Assembly (NCBI GenBank): GCA_017541375.1
Contig: JAFXZE010000005.1
Span: forward strand, 448,153-512,152
DNA from: Clostridia bacterium
GTDB taxonomy: Bacteria; Bacillota; Clostridia; Christensenellales; UBA1242
Direction of reading: 5' to 3'
Length of the DNA stretch: 64,000 nucleotides
Shown: positions 43,640 through 54,499 of the stretch, piece by piece
How positions within the stretch are numbered: the stretch's first letter is position 1
How the letters are laid out: every line of letters begins with the position of its first letter
The notes under the pieces: generated by a model
The model's database searches: none
Seen by the model: the letters and a program-made list of their open reading frames with translations, nothing else
What the model was told of the DNA's origin: nothing
Translations under genes and position numbers: made by a program

Positions 43640-44638
43640 ATGTCGTTTAGTTATGATGCAAAAGCAGAAGTAGCAAATGCGGATTTACCGAGCAGTAAAT
43701 GTTGTAACCTAGCAGAGCTGGCAGGCATTGTGCGTGCGTGCGGGAAAATTTCGGACAATTACGCAATAACATTAGTAACAGAACATGATTGCTTGTATAA
43801 ACGAGTGTTGGGGCTAGTAAAAAACTATTATGAAAGTTCTACAGGGGTAAAACTTACTACTCTCACGCGTCCTAATTTGCCCAATAAATATTATATAGAA
43901 ATAAACAATGAGTTGGGCGAAAAGATACTGACTGATGCTTTTATACTAAGAGTAAATTATGCAGGGCAAAAAGAAATTAGTAACGGGATTTCGGCAAGAC
44001 TAATCGAGAACGAGTGTTGCCAACGAGAATTTGTAAAAGGTGTATTTTTAGGTTGTGCTAGCGCGAATATAGTGATAAAAGATATAAATGACCTAAAAAA
44101 ACATACTGGTGGCTACCACTTAGAGTTTTCGTTTACAAATTCGACTCTAGCAGGTGATTTTTCGCATGTACTTAGCCAGTATGGTGTGTATAGTAAAATG
44201 ATTCAGCGCAAAAAAATGTTTGTGGTGTATATTAAGGAAGCTGAACTTGTGAGTGATACACTGGCTATAGTGGGGGCAAATAATGCAGTATTAACCTTAC
44301 AAAATGAATTTGCTGTACGTGAAGTGCGTAATCAACTAAATCGACAGATAAATTGCTTAAATAGCAACATTGAAAAAATGGTTGATGCTAGTCTTAAGCA
44401 GATAGCAGCTATTGAGTATATTGAGGAAGCGGTTGGATTAAACACCCTACCAGACAATTTGTATGAATTGTGTCTATTGCGTTTAGCAAATCCTAATGAA
44501 ACATTAGAAAATTTGGCAAAACTAATGAATCCACCACTAACCAAAAGTGGAATCAATCATAGATTGCGTAAAATTGTAAAAATTGCACAAGATTTGCAAG
44601 ATGAATTAGAGGTTGAAGAAGAAAACCAAACTGACTAG
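43640..44638 (+). CDS. whiA: DNA-binding protein WhiA
   Basis: Degenerate LAGLIDADG-like core plus a C-terminal HTH (LTKSGINHRLRKI). Size and synteny fit. Confidence 0.88.
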   Translation: MSFSYDAKAEVANADLPSSKCCNLAELAGIVRACGKISDNYAITLVTEHDCLYKRVLGLVKNYYESSTGVKLTTLTRPNLPNKYYIEINNELGEKILTDAFILRVNYAGQKEISNGISARLIENECCQREFVKGVFLGCASANIVIKDINDLKKHTGGYHLEFSFTNSTLAGDFSHVLSQYGVYSKMIQRKKMFVVYIKEAELVSDTLAIVGANNAVLTLQNEFAVREVRNQLNRQINCLNSNIEKMVDASLKQIAAIEYIEEAVGLNTLPDNLYELCLLRLANPNETLENLAKLMNPPLTKSGINHRLRKIVKIAQDLQDELEVEEENQTD

Positions 44639-44656
44639 TCACACAATACGGGAGGA

Positions 44657-47600
44657 ATGATGGAAAATTTTGTTCATTTACATTTGCATACGGAATATAG
44701 TTTACTAGATGGTGCTGCTCGAATAAAAAAACTAGCCAAAATGCTAAAGGAGCGTGGAGCACCAGCTTGCGCCATAACTGACCATGGGAATATGTACGGA
44801 GCTGTAAAGTTTTATGAAGCGTGCAAAGAAAATGGAATCAAAGCAATAATTGGTACTGAGTTTTATGTAGCAGAAGATTATAAACACAAACAAGGCAAAC
44901 AGAGTCCAGCACACCTTATAATATTAGCAAAAAATGACAAGGGGTATCACAATCTATGTAAGCTAAATAGCATAGCATGGGTAAAGGGTTTTTATTATAA
45001 ACCAAGGATAGATTATGATACGCTAGCGGAATATGCTGAAGGGCTGATTTGTAGCTCAGCGTGTCTATCAGGGGATATCCCTAGATTATTGCTCGCTGGT
45101 CGATTTGATGATGCTGTCAAATTGGGCTCGCGCCTAAGAGATATGTTTGCACCGGGGGATTTTTACATAGAGGTACAGGATCATGGAATAGAAGACCAGC
45201 GAAAGATTTTGCCCGATCTTTATAGGCTGGCTGAAGTATTGGGAGTAAAGACAATTGCCACCAACGATGTGCATTATCTATATCCTGAAGATGCCGAAAC
45301 TCAAGATATTCTCCTTTGTATTCAGACAGGGAAGACTATAGATGACCCCACTCGAATGAGGATGGATGGCAATCAGTTTTATCTCAAGACTGAAGAAGAG
45401 ATGAGACAAGTTTTTGCTGCTCATCCAGAAAGCATAGACAATACTCTCGAAGTGGCAGAGAAGTGTAATGTGGATTTTGATTTTAAGAGTCAGTTTTATC
45501 CTAAATTTACAGCACCTAATGGCGAAGATAATGTAGAATATCTATGGAAGATTGTAAACGAAGGGCTGGTAAAGCGATATGGGGAAATTACTCCTCGGAT
45601 AAGAGAGCGCGCAGAATTTGAGATGGAAACCCTTAAAAAATCTGGCTATGTAGATTATTACCTTGTCGTGTGGGACTTTATCAACTGGAGTAGGGAGCAC
45701 GATGTGCCGATAGGACCGGGGCGTGGTAGTGGAGCGGCTAGTATACTTGCATATGCTATAGGCATCACTCTTATTGATCCGTTAAAGTATGATTTGTGGT
45801 TTGAGCGTTTTTTAAATCCAGAGCGTATTAGTCCGCCCGATTTTGATATAGACTTTTGCCCTGTAAAACGAGAGAAAACGATAGATTATGTTATCGAAAA
45901 ATATGGTGAGCCAAATGTGAGCCAGATCATCACATTCGGTACAATGGCGGCAAAGGCCGCAATAAAAGATGTGGCAAGAGTGCTAAAAATGCCATATTCT
46001 GAGGTGGATAAGATAACCAAGCTTTTCCCTAGCAAAATGCCTAAAGCGCCCGCTATACAAAAGTTGTTTGGTTTAAGTGATAAGCCTGAAGATGCTGAGC
46101 ATAAGGTGGCAGAGCTAAGAGCAATGTATGATAGTGACTTATTAGTGCAAAAAATTGTGGATACAGCGATAAAGCTTGAGAATATGCCACGAAACACAAG
46201 TATCCATGCTGCTGGAGTGGTAATATGTTGTGATGATATATCCGATCATGTGCCTATGGCAAAAAATGGTGATATGGTAACAACTCAATTTGATAAAAAT
46301 GAAACAGAGCATTTGGGGCTACTAAAGATGGACTTTTTGGGACTGATTACTCTAACGGATCTTGACCTTATGGTAAAGACTATCAAAAAGAGAACTGGAG
46401 AGGTAATCGACTTTTATTCGCGTGATTTTCCATATGATGACCCCAATGTGTATAAGCTCATTAGTTCGGGAGATAATGATGGGGTGTTTCAGCTAGAAAG
46501 TGGCGGAATATCAAACTTTGCCAAAGAAATGAAGCCAGAGAATATCGAGGACTTGACGGTAATATCGGCGATGTATCGACCTGGACCCATGGATGAAATT
46601 CCTACATATGTACACAACCGTAAAAATCCTGAAACAATTGTTTATCCTGACCCGAGAATGAAAGATGTGTTGGGAGTAACATTTGGCGTTATGGTATATC
46701 AAGAGCAGGTTATGAAGCTCTGTCAGGTGCTCGCTGGATATACTATGGGACAGGCGGACGGAGTGCGTAAAATCATGGGGAAAAAGCTAGCTGATAAATT
46801 GCCTATTGAAAAGCAGCGCTTTATATATGGTTGGGAAGACCCTGAAGGGAAAAAGAGCATAGAGGGTGTGCTAAAACGCGGAATGAACCTTGAGGACGCG
46901 GAGAAACTGTGGAGTCAAATGGAGAAGTTTGGTAGTTACGCATTTAACAAAGCACACGCATGTGCATATTCATTTGTTACATATCAAACAGCCTATATGA
47001 AGACCTATCACATTACAGAATTTTATACAGCCATAATTAACAATCGGATAACAAAGAGTGATGAGCTTACTCACTATATGGGGTTAGCTCGTCAGCATGA
47101 CATCACTATTCTTCCTCCCGACATAAATAAAAGTCATGCGTACTTTACCGTAGAGGATGACCATATAGTGCGTTATGGCCTTGGAGGACTAAAAGGCGTG
47201 GGGGTAGGCTTGGTAGAGGAATTAGTCGCTGAACGAGAAAAAAATGGTGAATTTAAAAGTCTGTACGATTTTATCAACCGGATGGGACATGAGGCTCATA
47301 ACAAGCGTTTCTTAGAGTCTATGATTTGGTCAGGGGCATTCGATTGCTTTGGGGTGCATCGTAGCCAAATGATTGCTGTGTATGACAAAATCGTAGAGCG
47401 TGTCACCGCTGATAGAAAATCGCAGAGCCAAGGACAGATTTCGTTATTTGATAATCTACTCAAAAATGATGAAGTATCTAACGTAATTAATTACCCCAAC
47501 ATTCCAGAATACGATTATCAGCAAAAACTGCGATATGAAAAGGAAGTAATGGGAGTGTATGTCAGTGGACATATTCTCGATGAATATCGCGATAAATATA

Positions 47601-48214
47601 GAGAGTATAATCTCAATAGCTCAATGTTTGTGCCTACTACCATCATTAGTGAAGATGGAGAAAGTGAAGAGGTGGTGTATGAAGGGCTAGAGGATGGCAA
47701 ACAAGTTTCGTGTGGTGGAGTAATTACAAATATCAAACGAACCAACACAAAAATGGGAAATAAGGAAATGGCAATTGTTACTATAGAAGATTTATTTGGG
47801 ACAATTGAGATAGTATTTTTCCCGATGATTTATGAAAAGTTTAAATCTCTCCTAAAAATGGATGCGATGATTACTATTAAGGGGCGAATAAGTATCAGAG
47901 AAGGGGACAGACCATCAGTTATCCCAGATGATGTTTTACCATGGGAACTGAAAAAAGCTAATATAGTTACACAAGAGCCTGAAAAAGAGCCTGTAAAACA
48001 GAAAAAATTATACTTGCGTTTTGATCTTACTAATGATGAGTTAAAGCAGAATGTAATCGAAATTTTGAGTAGATATGCAGGAAAAATGAAAGTAGTTGTG
48101 AAATGTACAACACAAAATAAAGCGTTTATCTTACCAATGACAGTAGATGGAAGTGTCGCCCTTCAAAATGAATTATTTGGCTATCTAGAACCCGATAATG
48201 TCATCATAAATTAA
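44657..48214 (+). CDS. dnaE: DNA polymerase III alpha subunit
   Basis: PHP domain FVHLHLHTEYSLLDG, polymerase core, HhH and an OB fold. 1185 aa. Confidence 0.95.
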   Translation: MMENFVHLHLHTEYSLLDGAARIKKLAKMLKERGAPACAITDHGNMYGAVKFYEACKENGIKAIIGTEFYVAEDYKHKQGKQSPAHLIILAKNDKGYHNLCKLNSIAWVKGFYYKPRIDYDTLAEYAEGLICSSACLSGDIPRLLLAGRFDDAVKLGSRLRDMFAPGDFYIEVQDHGIEDQRKILPDLYRLAEVLGVKTIATNDVHYLYPEDAETQDILLCIQTGKTIDDPTRMRMDGNQFYLKTEEEMRQVFAAHPESIDNTLEVAEKCNVDFDFKSQFYPKFTAPNGEDNVEYLWKIVNEGLVKRYGEITPRIRERAEFEMETLKKSGYVDYYLVVWDFINWSREHDVPIGPGRGSGAASILAYAIGITLIDPLKYDLWFERFLNPERISPPDFDIDFCPVKREKTIDYVIEKYGEPNVSQIITFGTMAAKAAIKDVARVLKMPYSEVDKITKLFPSKMPKAPAIQKLFGLSDKPEDAEHKVAELRAMYDSDLLVQKIVDTAIKLENMPRNTSIHAAGVVICCDDISDHVPMAKNGDMVTTQFDKNETEHLGLLKMDFLGLITLTDLDLMVKTIKKRTGEVIDFYSRDFPYDDPNVYKLISSGDNDGVFQLESGGISNFAKEMKPENIEDLTVISAMYRPGPMDEIPTYVHNRKNPETIVYPDPRMKDVLGVTFGVMVYQEQVMKLCQVLAGYTMGQADGVRKIMGKKLADKLPIEKQRFIYGWEDPEGKKSIEGVLKRGMNLEDAEKLWSQMEKFGSYAFNKAHACAYSFVTYQTAYMKTYHITEFYTAIINNRITKSDELTHYMGLARQHDITILPPDINKSHAYFTVEDDHIVRYGLGGLKGVGVGLVEELVAEREKNGEFKSLYDFINRMGHEAHNKRFLESMIWSGAFDCFGVHRSQMIAVYDKIVERVTADRKSQSQGQISLFDNLLKNDEVSNVINYPNIPEYDYQQKLRYEKEVMGVYVSGHILDEYRDKYREYNLNSSMFVPTTIISEDGESEEVVYEGLEDGKQVSCGGVITNIKRTNTKMGNKEMAIVTIEDLFGTIEIVFFPMIYEKFKSLLKMDAMITIKGRISIREGDRPSVIPDDVLPWELKKANIVTQEPEKEPVKQKKLYLRFDLTNDELKQNVIEILSRYAGKMKVVVKCTTQNKAFILPMTVDGSVALQNELFGYLEPDNVIIN

Positions 48215-48336
48215 TATTGTTTTTAAAAATGTCAAAAAATATCAAAAAATGTGAAAAAATTTTTAAAAATTTAGTTAAAATCGTTTGGAGTTTTTAAAAT
48301 TTTTTGATACAATATTTAAAACTGGGGGTAGTTTTT

Positions 48337-48450
48337 ATGTCATTTGATATAATTTGTTTTAAAAACAAAAAATTTTGGAACAAACTCGTGACTGTTGCTA
48401 GTGCTTTTGGTTTCGTTGTAGCGGTTATTGCGTTGGTGTTTCCTATCTAG
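48337..48450 (+). CDS. 37-aa small membrane peptide
   Basis: Not in the ORF track. RBS ggggg lies about 9 nt upstream. Sequence MSFDIICFKNKKFWNKLVTVASAFGFVVAVIALVFPI. TGaTACAAT-like -10 element upstream. Confidence 0.4.
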   Translation: MSFDIICFKNKKFWNKLVTVASAFGFVVAVIALVFPI

Positions 48451-48474
48451 TGACATGGGGGAATAATGAAACAA

Positions 48475-48508
48475 TAAAAAAACAAGAGTTGGGCACTCTT
48501 GTTTTTTT
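48475..48508. terminator. bidirectional terminator
   Basis: Stem aacaagagt/actcttgtt, flanked by an A-run and a T-run. Confidence 0.75.
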
Positions 48509-49679
48509 ACATAACTCCCCAAATAAATGTAATTATTGTGATAAGGCTCATCAAAAATATAGCGATGTACAAGAAGATGTTATCTAATTGGTTTGGTGGC
48601 TCATAATCATCAATTTCATTATGGATTATAGAGGCGATATTACTCCGTTTAAATTCATTTTCAAGGTGAGCCAAATCTAATTTTCCTTGTTGAAGCTTTT
48701 GTTGAATATCTTTTTCTGTTGCGCTATTAAATAGTGCTATCATTTGTTTTTGATCATTAAAATCAAACATGTTTTCCATATCAGTCCCTTGGACTGATTT
48801 TTTCAAATTTTCTTTGAATTGGGTTAGTTTATCAATCTTGTTTTCGATAAAGAGTTTTTGGAGTAGATATACAATTCCTACAAGGGTCAGAATCAATACT
48901 ATGGTAGACATCAAAATACCTACAAATGGTGTTTCTAAAAGTGAGTAAAAGAATGAGATAGTTTTGCTACCAACCCAACCATAGTCCGTAGCATAGTCAC
49001 AATACATTGAGGTAAAGTTGGAGGTGGCATGAATAATAATAGCAGGGAAGATGCTGCGAGTAGTGAGAGTGACAGTTCCTAAAATTATTCCCACTACAAA
49101 GGCATAACCAAATTGTGGCACATTCAGATGCGCCAATCCAAACATCAAAGCTGAGAGCATTATTGCACGTGTTAGGCCATTATCACGCAAATTGCCTAGT
49201 AACAATCCTCTATGGGCTGTTTCTTCTCCAATGCCGGGGAAAATTGCTGTAGAAAATATTCCTATTAAAAAGGCAATCCAAACAGGCACATTACTAGAAC
49301 TAGCTCCAGAAGAATGTGTATAGCCAAACATAGATAGAATCATAGACCAAATCGTGGCTGAGTAAATCACTACTATATAGGTTAAAATTCCTAACAAAAT
49401 AGAATATAATACTGCTTTTAGAGATATTTTACGGAAGAAAAATCGTTTCATAGTAGAAGAAAGTTTTTCTCTGCAAAATAACATATATAGTAGTATTGGT
49501 ACACAAAATAATATGCCTTGAACTAACACAGTAAAGAGCAAATCGCTCCATACAGAATCCAAATTGCTACTTACACTAAAAATCTGCCAGAGCAAGCGTA
49601 CCCCGATATAACAAAGTACACTGATTAGATAAATTAGCCCCGCATAAAATACTTTTTTATTTTGAATTAATTTTTTCAT
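48507..49679 (-). CDS. CPBP-family intramembrane glutamic endopeptidase with a C-terminal extension
   Basis: EETAHRG, FGLAHL and HATSNF motifs. Start and stop overlap (ATGA) with the upstream paralogue. Confidence 0.85.
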   Translation of the reverse strand: MKKLIQNKKVFYAGLIYLISVLCYIGVRLLWQIFSVSSNLDSVWSDLLFTVLVQGILFCVPILLYMLFCREKLSSTMKRFFFRKISLKAVLYSILLGILTYIVVIYSATIWSMILSMFGYTHSSGASSSNVPVWIAFLIGIFSTAIFPGIGEETAHRGLLLGNLRDNGLTRAIMLSALMFGLAHLNVPQFGYAFVVGIILGTVTLTTRSIFPAIIIHATSNFTSMYCDYATDYGWVGSKTISFFYSLLETPFVGILMSTIVLILTLVGIVYLLQKLFIENKIDKLTQFKENLKKSVQGTDMENMFDFNDQKQMIALFNSATEKDIQQKLQQGKLDLAHLENEFKRSNIASIIHNEIDDYEPPNQLDNIFLYIAIFLMSLITIITFIWGVM

Positions 49680-50605
49680 AATGCTCCAAATCTCGATATT
49701 GATAATATTATTACTAACACAGCTCCTACTATGAGAGGAATATACAACTTTTTGTCTTTGGGAGAGGTTGATTTAGTTTCTTGTTTGTCTGTAGGAGGGG
49801 CATTGTTTATGTGTGTGAATACAAATCTAATAACAAAGTATGCAACCACCACTAGAACTAGTGCAATAAGTATTGCAGCCCATATAGGCAATGCCGACCA
49901 CCAACCAAATAGCGCATTTTGTAGTGCGGGTACGCACATCAACAGCAAAACAAACGAATTATTTATAAAGTGAAATATTACACTAGGCCAAAGGGAATGT
50001 GTGTGATAGCAAAATAACCCACAGATTATGCCCAATATAAAAGTGTAGGGAAGTTGTTGAATATTTAGATGCATCAAGCTAAAGCACAAAGCGCTGTATA
50101 GTACACAAAATTTTATCCCCAAGGAGCGAGTACCATTTAGCACAACTCCTCTAAATAGTGTTTCCTCACAAATCGCTGGAAGTAACGCTACAGCAAAGAT
50201 TGAATAAATAATCCACATGGGGTTAGTCAGGTCATAAACAAGACCATCTTGGATCTTATATCCTATAGTGCTTAGCAGATTTTCCCACAATGATATGATG
50301 GGAAGAAAAAGGAAAATACAAGCTATGCTTAGTCCAATTGCCAAATAAATATGTTTGGATTTTGGTTTTATATTTGCTTTTGTCATGACCCAAAAGTTGG
50401 TGCCGTTTTGTTTGCTTAGATAAAAAGCTATCAGTACAAACGCTATTTCAGTAAAAAGACTAGACAGCACATTCACAATCACGCCATCATTATCGGGAGT
50501 AAATACTAGAAATATCATTCCTATGAGTAGGGCAACTGCTATGGGAACAAGTATTCCAAGTAGGGCGCCTCTACTAGATGTATTTGGTGTAATATCTTTT
50601 TCCAT
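49676..50605 (-). CDS. CPBP-family intramembrane glutamic endopeptidase
   Basis: EETLFRG, FSLMHL and FHFINN motifs. Confidence 0.85.
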   Translation of the reverse strand: MEKDITPNTSSRGALLGILVPIAVALLIGMIFLVFTPDNDGVIVNVLSSLFTEIAFVLIAFYLSKQNGTNFWVMTKANIKPKSKHIYLAIGLSIACIFLFLPIISLWENLLSTIGYKIQDGLVYDLTNPMWIIYSIFAVALLPAICEETLFRGVVLNGTRSLGIKFCVLYSALCFSLMHLNIQQLPYTFILGIICGLFCYHTHSLWPSVIFHFINNSFVLLLMCVPALQNALFGWWSALPIWAAILIALVLVVVAYFVIRFVFTHINNAPPTDKQETKSTSPKDKKLYIPLIVGAVLVIILSISRFGAL

Positions 50606-50651
50606 AAAAATTCTCGCTTTTTATCTAGTATATCAAAAATGCTTTTCTTTA

Positions 50652-51260
50652 TCAATCATTTTTGGCTATTTTAGTTAATTTTGTTTTATGATAGAAAAAT
50701 TCTATTGTTTTTAGGAAAATTTGTAAAATTGTAATGATAATAAATACGCAAATGATTAGGTCGATATATTCAGCAAAGAGAAAACAAAATGCTGTTAAAA
50801 CTACTGCGCTAAAAATATTAGCTAGTGTCAAAGTGAGGACACTTTGGCGGTAGTTTAATTGGAGTATGGCGCACAAGGCCCCTGCAGTCCAAACTCCAGT
50901 AAAGGGTAGTGGCAATGCACAAAAAACAAATACCCACCAGCATTTTTTTATACTTTTGTGTTTATCATTTAGATTTCGTTTGTTAGATAACCATCTCGTA
51001 ACCATGCTGTCGATGCATTTGAAGACTTTACTAAATACTTTGTTTTTTTCTAGGTGTTTTTTTAAATATAGAAATATTATGGGAATAATTAGGCAACAAC
51101 ATACACCCCCAATTGAACAAGATATCCAAGCTAGCAAAGGCGAAAGTGCATTTTCACCCCAAATAGATGGGCTCATAGCAAGAGGAATAGCTCCCTTTAG
51201 CTCTATAATGGGGATAAAGCTAATCAGTCCACATAAAATACAAACTAATAAAACACTCAT
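50652..51260 (-). CDS. small multidrug-export-like membrane protein (COG2426-like)
   Basis: N-terminal IELKGAIPLA motif recalled from that family. Polytopic. Confidence 0.55.
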   Translation of the reverse strand: MSVLLVCILCGLISFIPIIELKGAIPLAMSPSIWGENALSPLLAWISCSIGGVCCCLIIPIIFLYLKKHLEKNKVFSKVFKCIDSMVTRWLSNKRNLNDKHKSIKKCWWVFVFCALPLPFTGVWTAGALCAILQLNYRQSVLTLTLANIFSAVVLTAFCFLFAEYIDLIICVFIIITILQIFLKTIEFFYHKTKLTKIAKND

Positions 51261-51375
51261 ATTTTATTATATTACATCTTAGTATTTCTAAATACAAAAA
51301 TTATCATTTAAATTGTTTGATAAATGCTAAGTTTTGTGTTAAACTAAGTTAAAGTACAATAAAGAGGTATTGATA

Positions 51376-53694
51376 ATGGATAAATTTTCAACAAAAGAAT
51401 ATTTTGAATTACTTGACAAATATTTTAGAGCGGCAAATTATCTGAGCTGTGCACAACTCTATCTCAAACAAAACCCACTGCTACGCACACCGCTCGAGCC
51501 TGAAGATGTAAAGCCACGCATCGTAGGACACTGGGGAACAGTACCAGGGCAAAACTTTATATATGCTCACTGCTTGCGAATTATCAAAAAGTACAACCAA
51601 GATATGTTGCTCATTTCAGGTCCTGGACATGGCGGCAACTTTTTTATAGCGAACTCTTATTTAGAGGGCGTATATAGCGAGGTTTATCCCAAGATTACCC
51701 AAGATGAGGCTGGATTAGCAAAGTTGGTCAAACAGTTTTCTTTCCCAGAAGGTGTGTCTAGTCATGTTAGTCCCGAAGTGCCGGGGAGCATTCACGAAGG
51801 AGGAGAGCTGGGGTATAGTCTCGCACACGCATTTGGGGCAGTGCTTGATAACCCAAAACTGATTGCTGTTACTATAGTGGGTGATGGAGAAGCTGAGACT
51901 GGTCCATTAGCCACCTCATGGCACGGAAACAAATTTCTCTCTCCAAAAAATGATGGTGTGGTTTTGCCAATTCTCCATCTAAATGGGTATAAAATTAGCA
52001 ATCCTACCATATTGTCTAGGCTTGATGATAAGGAACTAGTAAGTCTGTTTGTGGGATATGGATACAAACCTTATATTGTGTCTGGCTCAGATCCTAAAAT
52101 CATGCACAAATTGATGGCAGAGGTTATGGATAGCTGTATAAATGATATTGCTAATATCAAACAGAGTAACGAGCGCCCAATTTACCCAATGATTATTTTG
52201 CGTACGCCCAAGGGGTGGACATGCCCTAGTTTTGTTGATAACAAGCAAATTGAAGGCACATTTAGGGCACATCAAGTGCCGATTCCTATGAACAAATCTG
52301 AGCATTTTGAATTATTAAAACAGTGGTTAATGAGTTATCATCCTGAGGAATTGTTTGATAAATACGGCAGGTTGAATGCTGATATTGCTGCCATTTTACC
52401 CAAAGGCGACAAGCGCCTGAGTGCAACTTTATATGCTAATGGAGGGTTATTAAAGAAAAAACTAAAGACTCCGAGTCCTGATGAATATTGTGTGCCCGTG
52501 AAAACTCCAGGTAGTATTATGGCGCAGGATATGCAAATATTGGGACAATACATTAGAGATTTGTTTGTACTCAATAAGGCAAATCGCAATTATCGCATAT
52601 TTAGCCCAGACGAAGCTATGAGTAATAGACTATCGGCTGTTTTTGAGGTGGAAAAGCGTCCGCTCAATTTGCCAATAGCACCCCAAGATGAATTTGTAGC
52701 GCCAACGGGTAGAGTGATGGATGGATTCCTTAGTGAACACCTTTGTGAAGGGATGCTTGAGGGATATCTGCTTACGGGGCGACATGGAATGTTTGATAGT
52801 TATGAGGCATTTATTCGTATTGTCGGCAGTATGATTAGTCAGCACGCAAAATGGCTCAAAATTTGCTCTAGTTTAAAGTGGCGCAAACCGATATCTTCTC
52901 TAAATCTAGTGCTAACTAGTCATTGTTGGCAACAAGACCACAATGGATTTACTCACCAGGACCCAGGGCTACTTGATTTGTTAGTATCGAAGTCTCCTGA
53001 AAATGTAAATCTATATTTGCCAGCCGATGCAAACACGCTGCTGCATTGTTTTGACAAATGTACCCAAAGTGAAAATCAAATTAATGTAATTGTTGCTAGT
53101 AAGCACCCCACAAAGCAATGGCTCAACAAAACTCAAGCAAAAACTATGATCAAAAAAGGAATCGCCATATGGGATTTTGCATGTATCAATGATAAGGGAG
53201 AGCCTGATGTAGTGCTGGTAAGTTGCGGAGATACTCCGACTAGGGAAGCTATGGAATGTGTAGAGTTGTTGCGTCAATTTGCGCCAGATATCAAGCTTCG
53301 CTTTGTAAATGTAGTAGATCTACTCAAGCTAATGAGTCCTATCCACAACCCTCATGCTATGAGTGATGAGGAATATGACAGCATATTCACAACTAACAAG
53401 CATGTTGTATTTAATTTCCATGGTTACCCCAAACTTATCCACTTGCTCACATACAAGCGTGCTAATCAAAATATGCACGTATCGGGCTATATGGAGGAGG
53501 GAACTATTACCACTCCATTTGATATGCGTGTGAGAAACAAAATCGACAGATATCACCTTATGGTAAAAGTAGCTAAATACGCTCACCTCGAGCCTAATGT
53601 GAAAAAACGCATTACAGAATTTTGTGCAGAAATGCTCAAGCGTCACAAAGTCTATATCGCCGACACTGGTCTAGATATGCCTGAGGTCAGATAA
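51376..53694 (+). CDS. xfp: phosphoketolase (xylulose-5-P / fructose-6-P)
   Basis: GHWGT.PG, EGGELGYSL and the TPP-binding region GDGEAETG are present. Length is about 790 aa. Confidence 0.93.
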   Translation: MDKFSTKEYFELLDKYFRAANYLSCAQLYLKQNPLLRTPLEPEDVKPRIVGHWGTVPGQNFIYAHCLRIIKKYNQDMLLISGPGHGGNFFIANSYLEGVYSEVYPKITQDEAGLAKLVKQFSFPEGVSSHVSPEVPGSIHEGGELGYSLAHAFGAVLDNPKLIAVTIVGDGEAETGPLATSWHGNKFLSPKNDGVVLPILHLNGYKISNPTILSRLDDKELVSLFVGYGYKPYIVSGSDPKIMHKLMAEVMDSCINDIANIKQSNERPIYPMIILRTPKGWTCPSFVDNKQIEGTFRAHQVPIPMNKSEHFELLKQWLMSYHPEELFDKYGRLNADIAAILPKGDKRLSATLYANGGLLKKKLKTPSPDEYCVPVKTPGSIMAQDMQILGQYIRDLFVLNKANRNYRIFSPDEAMSNRLSAVFEVEKRPLNLPIAPQDEFVAPTGRVMDGFLSEHLCEGMLEGYLLTGRHGMFDSYEAFIRIVGSMISQHAKWLKICSSLKWRKPISSLNLVLTSHCWQQDHNGFTHQDPGLLDLLVSKSPENVNLYLPADANTLLHCFDKCTQSENQINVIVASKHPTKQWLNKTQAKTMIKKGIAIWDFACINDKGEPDVVLVSCGDTPTREAMECVELLRQFAPDIKLRFVNVVDLLKLMSPIHNPHAMSDEEYDSIFTTNKHVVFNFHGYPKLIHLLTYKRANQNMHVSGYMEEGTITTPFDMRVRNKIDRYHLMVKVAKYAHLEPNVKKRITEFCAEMLKRHKVYIADTGLDMPEVR

Positions 53695-53721
53695 TAAATG
53701 TGTTGAAAATGTAATTTACAA

Positions 53722-53752
53722 AAAAAGAGCCAAAAGATAAAGGCTCTTTTTA
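53722..53752. terminator. bidirectional terminator between xfp and uppP
   Basis: Stem agagcc/ggctct, flanked by an A-run and a T-run. Confidence 0.7.
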
Positions 53753-54499
53753 TATTAATACAAAACTTAGTATGCCTAATAAAATTAAATAGGGCACAAA
53801 ATACAAAAGTGCCTTATTTTTTATTATCTTTTTCATAAGTTTGATAGTGAGAAATGCGGTGATAAATGCAGTCACAAAGGAAATAATAGCAGATACTGGT
53901 TCGATTGAATCGACAGGAGAAGAAAAAACTTCATAGATTAGACTAGCTAATATTATGGGAATGCTCATCAAGAAACTAAAGTCAAGAGCAGACTGCCGTT
54001 CCACTCCTGCTAAAAGTCCAAAACAAAGTGTAGTCCCACTACGACTTAGCCCAGGGAATATAGCAAAAGCCTGCGATATGCCCATAATGAGGACATTGGA
54101 GTATTTTAGGGACTGGGGAGAAGTGTTGCGGGGAATCGATACTCCCAAATAGATAAATATGGCAGACAGAATAAACCCTATTCCTAAAAAAATGCTTGAC
54201 GATAAATAGTTGTCGATAAAGGAGTGAAACAGTAGCACAAATATCACAGCAGGCAGTGTTGCGATAAGCAAAAACTTATTCATTTTGCAAAATGGGTGGC
54301 AAATGAGATAAAGTATCACTTTGCGATAGTATAAGATAACAGCAAATAGAGTGGCAAGGTGGAGGATTACATTGAGAAGCGTGAAATCGCACTCAATCCC
54401 AAACAACTTTTCGACAAGCACTAAGTGTCCGCTACTCGATATGGGTAAAAATTCTGTGATGCCTTGTATCAACCCCAAGATTATCGCTATAAAAATCAT
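53750..54499 (-). CDS. uppP: undecaprenyl-diphosphate phosphatase
   Basis: EFLPISSSGHL and PGLSRSG motifs. Polytopic. Confidence 0.92.
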   Translation of the reverse strand: MIFIAIILGLIQGITEFLPISSSGHLVLVEKLFGIECDFTLLNVILHLATLFAVILYYRKVILYLICHPFCKMNKFLLIATLPAVIFVLLFHSFIDNYLSSSIFLGIGFILSAIFIYLGVSIPRNTSPQSLKYSNVLIMGISQAFAIFPGLSRSGTTLCFGLLAGVERQSALDFSFLMSIPIILASLIYEVFSSPVDSIEPVSAIISFVTAFITAFLTIKLMKKIIKNKALLYFVPYLILLGILSFVLI

